A stretch of DNA of 64,000 nt from an uncultured beta proteobacterium. GTDB lineage: Bacteria; Pseudomonadota; Gammaproteobacteria; Burkholderiales; SG8-41. The notes beneath the pieces are model-generated. The model saw only the letters and a list, made by a program, of their open reading frames with translations. It was not told the DNA's origin and did no database searches. This document shows positions 56,951-64,000 of the stretch, in pieces; the stretch's first letter is position 1; each line of letters opens with the position of its first letter. The position numbers were made by a program, and so were the translations under genes. The stretch covers positions 52,626 to 116,625 of the forward strand of contig CAISYC010000012.1 of the NCBI GenBank assembly GCA_903889565.1. Reading direction: 5' to 3'.

Positions 56951-57832
56951 TTATTTCGCCGGCGGCGCGGACGGTTCGGCCGCGGCGGGCTTGCCGGGCG
57001 GCGCAAACAGACGCGCCGCCACCGGCGCCGACAGCAGGTATTCGTACGGCTGGTCGTCGCGCGCAATCGCCGTGCTGGCGCCGCGCTCGAGAATCTTGAT
57101 GACGACCGTGCGGCCGTTTTTCAGCAGCACCTGCAAGGCCCCGGTCGGCTTGCGCTGGCTCGGCGGCCGCACGCCCAGCGCGGAGGCGAGGCGCCATTCG
57201 TCGAGCCAGCGGTTGATATCGTCCGGGCCGGCATCGGTCTTCGGCAGCGTGGTGGTGTTCCAGTCCAGCGCGGGTTTGCCGTCTTCCTGCGTGACCTTGA
57301 ACGAGCCGAAGTCAAATGCGAGCGGCGCTTCGTTGGCAGAAAATAATTGTTTCGCCACCAGATCATAGGGGCTCTTCGGCAATGCCGCGGCGTAGCGCAG
57401 CGGCAGCAGGTAGACGCCGTCGCCGCTCTGCACGTACTGTTCGCGGCTCATTTCGTTGAAGGCGCCGAAGCTGAATTGCTGATGATTGATGATGACCTTG
57501 ACCGACGGTTCGTTGAGTCCGTAGCGGGCGAGCCCTTGGGCGGCGAATTTTTCGCCGGCCTTGGCGTCGAGCAGTTCAAGCAGGCGGTTGACCGCGAAGC
57601 TGTCCGCGCGCGCCGGAAAGGGTTGGCTGAGGTGCCAGTCGGCGCCGCTGCGTTCAAGCATGATCGAGCCCGGCGCGCCGGCCTGAACAATCTCGATTGC
57701 CTGCGCATCGGCGGCTTGCATCGACGACAGCCGGATCTCCGTTCCGTGACTCGACGGTTTGAGCCAGGCGAGGAGGCCGAGTACCAAGACCAGGGCCAGC
57801 AGACCCGCGTTGATCCAGAGGCTTTTCTTCAT
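56951..57832 (-). CDS. DUF4340-like periplasmic protein (accessory to the GldG-type ABC system)
   Basis: N-terminal transmembrane segment MKKSLWINAGLLALVLVLGLLAW. ATGA overlap with the gldG-like stop. Position is as for DUF4340 genes. Confidence 0.6.
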   Translation of the reverse strand: MKKSLWINAGLLALVLVLGLLAWLKPSSHGTEIRLSSMQAADAQAIEIVQAGAPGSIMLERSGADWHLSQPFPARADSFAVNRLLELLDAKAGEKFAAQGLARYGLNEPSVKVIINHQQFSFGAFNEMSREQYVQSGDGVYLLPLRYAAALPKSPYDLVAKQLFSANEAPLAFDFGSFKVTQEDGKPALDWNTTTLPKTDAGPDDINRWLDEWRLASALGVRPPSQRKPTGALQVLLKNGRTVVIKILERGASTAIARDDQPYEYLLSAPVAARLFAPPGKPAAAEPSAPPAK

Positions 57833-59178
57833 GCCTTGCGGCGGCGCCACCAGATCAGCACGCCGATGGCGGCAAATGCAAGCGGCAGAAACACGAAGTA
57901 ACCGAACAGCAGGAAGTATTGCGAAGTGCGCCCGAGATCGAGACTGCCGTCGATATTGGCGCGCGGCTGCAGAGTGATCAGCGCTTCGTCGCCGGACAGC
58001 CAGTTCACCATGTTGACGCCGAGGTCGAGGTTGCCGCCGTTGCTGAGGAACTGGTTGGCGAGGAAGTTGCCGTTGCCGACGACGACGACGCGTTGCGGCC
58101 GGTCGTTGACCGCGCGCTCAAGCGCAAGCGCAATGGTTATCGGACCCGGCACGTCGCGCGCCTTGTCGAAAACGATCTTGTCGTCGAGCTTGCCCATCTC
58201 GACCCAGCCGCGGGGCGCGACGTCGATCAGGCGCGTGACGCGCCAGTCGCGGCCCTCGTTGAATCCGATCTGCCGCGCAAACGGGAACACTGTGTTGAGA
58301 TTGAAGTTGTCAGTGATCGGGTGGCGCGCGTAGCCGGCGCCGATCGCCACCGCCGGCGAGGCATTGACGCGCGTCGCATCCGGATCGACCACGGTGCCGG
58401 GTCCCAGCACCAGGCCGAGTTCTTCGGCGAGCGGTTGCAGGCCGCGCAGCGGCTCCTGATCGATCAGCCACAGCAGATTGCCGCCAGTGCTGACGAACTG
58501 GCGTATTTTCTGCACTTCGGCGGCTTGCAGATCCACCTGCGGATTGGCGATCAGCAGCAGATTCGCGTTGGCCGGCACTTCCTGCGCGGTCGCCAGATTC
58601 AGGCTGTTGGTTTTGAAGCCCTTGGCATTGAGCTGTTTGCCGAATTCGCCGAGGTCGTGGTTGGCGGCGCCGTTGAGTTTGCGTTCGCCGTGCCCCTCCA
58701 GCGCCATCACCAGGCGGTCGCCGGCGCGCATCAGCCGCATCAGGGTGTTGATGAAGGACTGCTCGTTATAAACCGTCAGGTGTTCCTTCTTGTCGCCGTA
58801 TTCGACGATCGCTTCGCCGGCGACGCGCACGCCTGCCGCCTGCGCGAGTTTCGGTTCTTCGCGCGGATCGACGAAGGTGACTGCGAGGTCGGCGCGCACG
58901 CGCTGGTAGGGCTGAAAAAAATCGCGCAACTGCTTGCGCAGATCGCCGCGCGCATCCTGCTTCGTCGCATAGATGGTGACCTTGACCGGTTCGGCGAGCT
59001 TCTGCAGGACGTCGCGCGCCTGCTGCGACAGCGTGTTGCGGCCGTTCTGCGTGATGTCCTGCACCACGCGGTAATCCTGCGCGAAGTAGGCGGCGAGCGC
59101 CGCCAGCGCGACCAGCAGCACGACGAAGAGGCCGTTTTGCACCAGCAGTTGCAGGCGGAATTTGGCGTTGACCTGCAT
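57829..59178 (-). CDS. GldG-family ABC transporter auxiliary component
   Basis: 449 aa with N- and C-terminal transmembrane segments and a large periplasmic domain. It follows the ABC-2 permease, as in gldA/F/G-type loci. Confidence 0.7.
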   Translation of the reverse strand: MQVNAKFRLQLLVQNGLFVVLLVALAALAAYFAQDYRVVQDITQNGRNTLSQQARDVLQKLAEPVKVTIYATKQDARGDLRKQLRDFFQPYQRVRADLAVTFVDPREEPKLAQAAGVRVAGEAIVEYGDKKEHLTVYNEQSFINTLMRLMRAGDRLVMALEGHGERKLNGAANHDLGEFGKQLNAKGFKTNSLNLATAQEVPANANLLLIANPQVDLQAAEVQKIRQFVSTGGNLLWLIDQEPLRGLQPLAEELGLVLGPGTVVDPDATRVNASPAVAIGAGYARHPITDNFNLNTVFPFARQIGFNEGRDWRVTRLIDVAPRGWVEMGKLDDKIVFDKARDVPGPITIALALERAVNDRPQRVVVVGNGNFLANQFLSNGGNLDLGVNMVNWLSGDEALITLQPRANIDGSLDLGRTSQYFLLFGYFVFLPLAFAAIGVLIWWRRRKA

Positions 59179-59181
59179 GGC

Positions 59182-59952
59182 TTATCCGCGCAGCCGCACC
59201 GCGTCGAGGCGGCGCACCGACAAAATCAGAAACACGATAATCAGCAGCAGCATGCAGACGATGCTGTAGCTGTCGAGGGTGCCCTTGGCAAAGGCCTCAA
59301 AATTTTTCAGCGGCGAGAGCACCTGCGCGAGGGCCGCGGGCACCGTCCAGCCGCGTTCGCGCAGGCCGTCGCTGGCGGTTTCGCCGGTGAGCAGCATGCC
59401 GAGCAGCAGGCTGAAGGCGATAATTGCAGCCGTAATCGGCTGCGCGGTCAGGCACGATGCATAGAGCGCCACCGCGGCGAAACAGGCGGCGAGCAGGGCG
59501 ACGCCCAGAATCACGCTGGCGAGCAGGCCGAAATCGAGGCGGCCGCCGGCCAGCAGCGCCAGCGGCATCAGCGTGGTGATGCCGATGATCAGCAGCAGGA
59601 ACAGCATCAGCCCGGCGAATTTGCCGAGCACGATCTCGGTCATCGTCAGCGGCGCCGACATCAGCAGCACCATGGTCTGGTTGCGGCGCTCCTCGGCGAT
59701 CAGACGCATCGCCAGCAGCGGCACCGCGAACAGCATGATGATGGCGCAGGTCGCGTAAACCGGCACCACCACGAGTTCGGTCACGCCGGGCGCATTCGGC
59801 GTCTGCATCAGCTGCGCCTGCACCTGCATGAAGTCGTCGAGCCGCTTGAGAAAGCCGAATGAGAGAATCAGCTGCAGCAGCGTCAGCACCACCCACGCCA
59901 GCGGCGCCGAAAACATGGCCTTCAGTTCCTTGCCGGCGATGGTGGCGATCAT
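59182..59952 (-). CDS. ABC-2 type transporter permease (GldF-like)
   Basis: Taken from the ATG at 59952: MIATIAGKELKAMFSAPLAWVVL..., six predicted transmembrane segments. The start overlaps the ATPase stop. Confidence 0.8.
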   Translation of the reverse strand: MIATIAGKELKAMFSAPLAWVVLTLLQLILSFGFLKRLDDFMQVQAQLMQTPNAPGVTELVVVPVYATCAIIMLFAVPLLAMRLIAEERRNQTMVLLMSAPLTMTEIVLGKFAGLMLFLLLIIGITTLMPLALLAGGRLDFGLLASVILGVALLAACFAAVALYASCLTAQPITAAIIAFSLLLGMLLTGETASDGLRERGWTVPAALAQVLSPLKNFEAFAKGTLDSYSIVCMLLLIIVFLILSVRRLDAVRLRG

Positions 59953-60896
59953 GCCGCAACCTCGTCTTTGCGCGTGAGCTGCACGAATACCTCTTCGATA
60001 CTGGTTTGCGCGGGCACCAATTGATAAAGCCCCCACGATTCCTCGACTGCGCGGCGCACCAGCGCATCGGTCGGATCGGCCTGTTCGGCGAAACTGATGC
60101 GGAAACCGTTGGCGCCATCGGCTTCGACGCGCGCCACGCCGGCAATTGACGCCAGCACGTCCGGCGCCGGCGGATTGCGCAGTCCCACCTGCAGGATGCG
60201 GCCGCCGTGAAACTTTTTTAGACCTTCGATGGTGTCTGCAAACACGGTGCGGCCGTGGTGCAGAATGACCACGCGGTCGCACACGCTTTCTACCTCGGGC
60301 AGGATGTGCGTCGACAGGATCACGCTGTGTTCGCGGCCGAGTTCGCGGATCAGGTTGCGGATTTCGCGAATCTGGTTGGGATCGAGGCCGACCGTCGGTT
60401 CGTCGAGAATTACAACGTCGGGTTTATGCACGATCGCCTGCGCGATACCGACGCGCTGCTGATAACCCTTCGACAGCGTGCCGACGAGTTTTTTCGCAAC
60501 CTCGGTGAGTCCGCAGCCCGCAAGCGCTTCGGCAACCGCCGCGCCGCGCGCGCTTTTTGCGACGCGATGCAGCCGCGCGGCGAGATCGACGTATTCGATC
60601 ACCGTCAGCTCGCGATAGAGCGGCGGCGTTTCCGGCAGGTAACCGACATGCGCCTTGGCCGCCAGCGGGGCGTCGAGCATGTCGACGCCGCACACGTTGA
60701 TCGAACCGGCCGATGGCGCGAGATTGCCGGTCAGCATCTGCATGGTGGTGGTTTTGCCGGCGCCGTTGGGGCCGAGAAAGCCGAGAATTTCGCCGCGTTT
60801 CAGTTCGAGTGTGACGCCGTCAACCGCGGTGCGCGCGCCGAAACGGCGCGAAAGCCCTTGGGCGGAAACAGTAATCTCGGAGGTTGTTACAGTCAT
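59949..60896 (-). CDS. ABC transporter ATP-binding protein (GldA-like)
   Basis: Walker A GPNGAGKTT, signature LSKGYQQR, Walker B VILDEPTVGLD. Start chosen at 60896 (MTVTTSEITV). Confidence 0.88.
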   Translation of the reverse strand: MTVTTSEITVSAQGLSRRFGARTAVDGVTLELKRGEILGFLGPNGAGKTTTMQMLTGNLAPSAGSINVCGVDMLDAPLAAKAHVGYLPETPPLYRELTVIEYVDLAARLHRVAKSARGAAVAEALAGCGLTEVAKKLVGTLSKGYQQRVGIAQAIVHKPDVVILDEPTVGLDPNQIREIRNLIRELGREHSVILSTHILPEVESVCDRVVILHHGRTVFADTIEGLKKFHGGRILQVGLRNPPAPDVLASIAGVARVEADGANGFRISFAEQADPTDALVRRAVEESWGLYQLVPAQTSIEEVFVQLTRKDEVAA

Positions 60897-61023
60897 GCAA
60901 TGGGGCAGGCGCGGTTGCTCGCTTGTGGCGGGCGTCAAATATACCTAATATGCGGTGGTTTATGAAGAACTTGCGGAATAAAATTCACTCCAACTCGCGT
61001 GGTCCTTCAATCAAGATCCTGAA

Positions 61024-62778
61024 ATGAAGATTGTTCGCACTCTTTTTGTTGCAGTGCCCGCGCTGCTCGCCGCCTGCGCCCAGCAGCCGCCGAAGCCAAG
61101 CGATATCGATGCTGACGCGCCGGCGACAAAGCCGGCGGCGGTGAAGCCGCGCGTGGTGACGCGAGCGCCGGCGAATACGCCCGTGCTGCCCAAGCTCGAA
61201 ATGAGCCAGTCGATATTGTTCAAGCTGCTGCTGGCGGACATCGCATTGCAACGCGGACAAGTAAACGTGGCGGTGCAATCCTATCTTGAACTGGCGCGCG
61301 AAACGCGCGATCCGCGCATTGCGCAGCGCGCCACCGAAGTGGCGTGGAACGCGCGGTTTGTCGGTGTTGCCATCGAAGCGGCCGGTATCTGGCTGGCGGC
61401 CGATCCCGAATCTCAGCAGGCGCGCCAGGTGCTGGCCGCACTGCTGGTCAACCAGCAAAGGCTGGCCGACGCACAACCGCATCTCGAGAAATCGCTCGCC
61501 GCCGACAAGGCCAACGTCGGGCAAAGTTTCATGCAGTTGAACGCGCTGCTGGCGCGTCATCCGGACAAGGCGGCGGTGCTGACGCTGACGCAGAATCTGG
61601 CCAAACCCTATATGAATGTGCCGGAAGCGCGCTACAGCATCGCGCAAGCCGCGGCCGGCGCCGGCCAGGCCAAGCTGGCGTTGGCGGAGGCGCGTGAAGC
61701 GCTGCGGCTGCGGCCCGACTGGGAGCAGGCGGCGCTGTTTTACGGCGCGTTGCTACAGGCGAATTCGAACGCCGAGGCGCTGGCGTTTTTCCAGGATTTT
61801 CTCAAGCAGCATCCGCGCGCGATGGATGTGCGGCTCAACTATGCGCGGTTGCTGGTGTCCGAGAAAAAATATCCGGAGGCGCGCGGCGAGTTTCAGGCGC
61901 TGCTCAAGGAGTTTCCCGACAATCCCGATGTGACGCTGGCGGTCGGCCTGCTGTCGCTGCAATTGAGCGATTTCGATACCGCGGAGAAACAGCTGCTGCA
62001 CGCGCTGGAAACCGATTACAAGGATCCGGACGCCGTTCGCTTTTATCTTGGTCAGACCAACGAGGAGCGCCAGCGCTACGACGAAGCATTGCGCTGGTAC
62101 AGCAGCGTCGCCGGCGGCGACCAGTTCGTGGCGTCGCGCGCGCGTTATGCCGGCGTGCTGGTCAAGCAGGGGCGCATGGCGGATGCGCGCCGCTATCTGC
62201 AGGAAGCCGGACGCACCCCGCCCGAACGCCTGCAATTCACGCAGGTCGAGGCGCAGATGCTGCGCGACGCCGGCGATTTCAGCACCGCCTTCGATGTGCT
62301 CGGCCGCGCCGTTGTCGCCAATCCGGATGCCGCGGAGCTGCTCTACGATTACGCGATGATCGCCGAGAAGGTCGACCGCATCGACGTACTCGAGACAAGT
62401 TTGCGCAAGGTGATCCAGTTGCGGCCCGAATACGCGCATGCCTACAACGCGCTCGGTTATACGCTCGCCGATCGCAACCTGCGCCTGCCGGAATCCTACT
62501 CGTTGATCGAACAGGCGCTGAAGCTGGCGCCCGAAGATCCCTTCATCATCGACAGCATGGGCTGGGTGCTGTATCGAATGAACCAGAACGATGCGGCGCT
62601 GACCTTCCTCAAGCGCGCGTTCGAAATCCGCGCTGACGCCGAGATCGCCGCGCATTACGGCGAAGTGTTGTGGGCGACCGGGCAGCAGGATGAGGCGCGC
62701 AATGTGTGGAACAACGCGCTCAAGCAAAGCCCGGCCAACGAACTGCTGCTGGCAACCGTCAAAAAATTCTCGCCCTGA
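61024..62778 (+). CDS. TPR-repeat lipoprotein
   Basis: Lipobox LLAACAQ and multiple TPR units across 584 aa. Lies in the conserved position upstream of lolB-ispE. Confidence 0.75.
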   Translation: MKIVRTLFVAVPALLAACAQQPPKPSDIDADAPATKPAAVKPRVVTRAPANTPVLPKLEMSQSILFKLLLADIALQRGQVNVAVQSYLELARETRDPRIAQRATEVAWNARFVGVAIEAAGIWLAADPESQQARQVLAALLVNQQRLADAQPHLEKSLAADKANVGQSFMQLNALLARHPDKAAVLTLTQNLAKPYMNVPEARYSIAQAAAGAGQAKLALAEAREALRLRPDWEQAALFYGALLQANSNAEALAFFQDFLKQHPRAMDVRLNYARLLVSEKKYPEARGEFQALLKEFPDNPDVTLAVGLLSLQLSDFDTAEKQLLHALETDYKDPDAVRFYLGQTNEERQRYDEALRWYSSVAGGDQFVASRARYAGVLVKQGRMADARRYLQEAGRTPPERLQFTQVEAQMLRDAGDFSTAFDVLGRAVVANPDAAELLYDYAMIAEKVDRIDVLETSLRKVIQLRPEYAHAYNALGYTLADRNLRLPESYSLIEQALKLAPEDPFIIDSMGWVLYRMNQNDAALTFLKRAFEIRADAEIAAHYGEVLWATGQQDEARNVWNNALKQSPANELLLATVKKFSP

Positions 62779-62802
62779 CGCCGGCGCTGCCGGCTCGATG
62801 CA

Positions 62803-63366
62803 ATGCGTTTGATGTCACGATGGTGCGCGCTGTTGATGCTGGCGTTGCTCGCCGGTTGCGCCGGCAATCCGCTCGAGCCGGTGCCGGCCAACAGCATCGC
62901 GTTCGAACTCGCCGGGCGCATGTCCGTTCGTTATCAGGCGCGCGCGTTTGCCAGCGCGCTGCGCTGGAAGCAGGACGCCCAAACGGATGAAATCTGGCTC
63001 AACACGCCGCTCGGCCAGACTCAGGCACATCTCGTCGGCGATCGCGCCGGCGCCACGCTGACAACAGCAGAGCAAACCCGTTATCACGCGCAATCGATCG
63101 AAGCGCTGACGCAAAGCGCGTTCGGCTGGCGTTTTCCGCTTGCCGGCCTGCGCTACTGGGTGCTGGGCCGCAGTGCGCCGGGTATTGCGACCACGGCAAC
63201 CGAAACGGATGCGGGCGGGCGCCTGCTTCGCTTCGTGCAGGCCGATTGGACTGTCGCGTTTGAATATGCGGATGCCGCGGCGGCACGGCCGGCGCGTCTC
63301 GATATCGGCAGCAGCGATGCGCAGATCCGCCTGGTGGTTGACCGCCTTGAGATGGCTCAGCCATGA
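62803..63366 (+). CDS. lolB: Outer-membrane lipoprotein LolB
   Basis: Lipobox LLAGCAG, 187 aa. The stop overlaps the ispE start. Confidence 0.8.
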   Translation: MRLMSRWCALLMLALLAGCAGNPLEPVPANSIAFELAGRMSVRYQARAFASALRWKQDAQTDEIWLNTPLGQTQAHLVGDRAGATLTTAEQTRYHAQSIEALTQSAFGWRFPLAGLRYWVLGRSAPGIATTATETDAGGRLLRFVQADWTVAFEYADAAAARPARLDIGSSDAQIRLVVDRLEMAQP

Positions 63367-64000
63367 ATGCGGCGGCGGAATTTGCCGCACCGGCCAAACT
63401 CAACCTGATGCTGTTGGTGACCGGGCGGCGCGCCGACGGCTATCACCTGCTGCAGACGGTGTTTCGTTTCATCGATTTCGGCGACGTCTTGCGGATTGCG
63501 GTGCGAGAGGACGGGCGCATCGTTCGCGCCAACGAAATTGCCGGGCTGGCGGCCGAAGACGACCTCACCGTGCGGGCGGCCCGGCTGTTGCAGCAGGCGT
63601 CAGGCACCGTGCTGGGTGCCGACATTGCGCTCGAGAAGTGTTTGCCGATGGGCGGTGGCCTTGGCGGCGGCAGTTCGGATGCGGCGAGCGTGCTGATCGT
63701 CCTGAACCGGCTGTGGAAACTCGATTGGCCGCGCGAGCGCCTGCAGGCGCTGGCATCGCAACTGGGCGCCGATGTGCCGGTATTCGTATTCGGCGAATCA
63801 GCCCTGGCAACCGGAGTTGGCGAGCAATTTACCCCTCTGAAACTGCCGCCGGCGTGGTATGTTGTGCTGCTGCCGCCGGTTGCGGTGGCGACCGCCCGGA
63901 TATTCCAAGATCCGGATTTGATTAGAAATTCGATTCCGCTTACAATACCGCCCTTTTCGTTTGCCGCGGGCCGGAACGACCTTGAAGCGGTCGTGTGCCG
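63363..64000 (+). CDS. ispE: 4-diphosphocytidyl-2-C-methyl-D-erythritol kinase (3' end beyond the window)
   Basis: My translation from the ATG at 63363: MNAAAEFAAPAKLNLMLLVTGRRADGYHLLQTVF... and PMGGGLGGGSSDAA (GHMP kinase motif). The ORF is still open at the window end. Confidence 0.88.
   Translation, partial: MNAAAEFAAPAKLNLMLLVTGRRADGYHLLQTVFRFIDFGDVLRIAVREDGRIVRANEIAGLAAEDDLTVRAARLLQQASGTVLGADIALEKCLPMGGGLGGGSSDAASVLIVLNRLWKLDWPRERLQALASQLGADVPVFVFGESALATGVGEQFTPLKLPPAWYVVLLPPVAVATARIFQDPDLIRNSIPLTIPPFSFAAGRNDLEAVVC

Noticed and set aside
57919-59862. 647-aa plus-strand ORF opposite the gldG-like and permease genes.
   Set aside because: Antisense shadow ORF, extremely rich in Arg/Gln/His/Ala runs.

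Overview
GC-rich (roughly 65%) chromosomal window. Gene content and synteny look like a Betaproteobacterium, but that is an inference from blocks such as slmA, bioBFHCD, ftsYEX-rpoH and TPR-lolB-ispE. Most of it is tightly packed housekeeping DNA:
- lipB-ybeD-dat-dac
- an ECF sigma / mini anti-sigma pair next to hsp20
- argB, slmA, moeB, ctp, envC, gpmI
- rhodanese-grxC-secB-gpsA
- bioBFHCD
- an aa3-type cytochrome c oxidase cluster with assembly genes
- rpoH and ftsYEX
- an M16 peptidase pair, rsmD-coaD, mutM
- a GldA/F/G-type ABC system
- TPR-lolB-ispE

There are two accessory segments:
1. About 15.1-17.1 kb holds an AT-rich junction followed by a short, frame-broken two-partner-secretion (TPS) exoprotein gene. 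It carries MBG-type repeats and a perfect 140-bp direct repeat, and has no TpsB transporter gene beside it. I read it as a decaying or mis-assembled filamentous-haemagglutinin-like gene.
2. 17.8-33.9 kb holds a complete 16-gene MSHA-type type IV pilus locus in the order EGF / pilins-OPQ / IJKLMN. The major pilin gene is bracketed by a textbook sigma-54 promoter and a strong terminator.

I found no tRNA, rRNA, CRISPR array, transposase, integrase or obvious defence system. I see no convincing evidence for a wholly new system here. The most unusual items are the broken TpsA relic, the 59-aa ZAS-type mini anti-sigma factor, the pilin regulatory architecture, and a cox cluster that lacks ctaA but has an extra CxxxC membrane protein. 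The many long ORFs antisense to real genes are typical high-GC shadow frames and were rejected.
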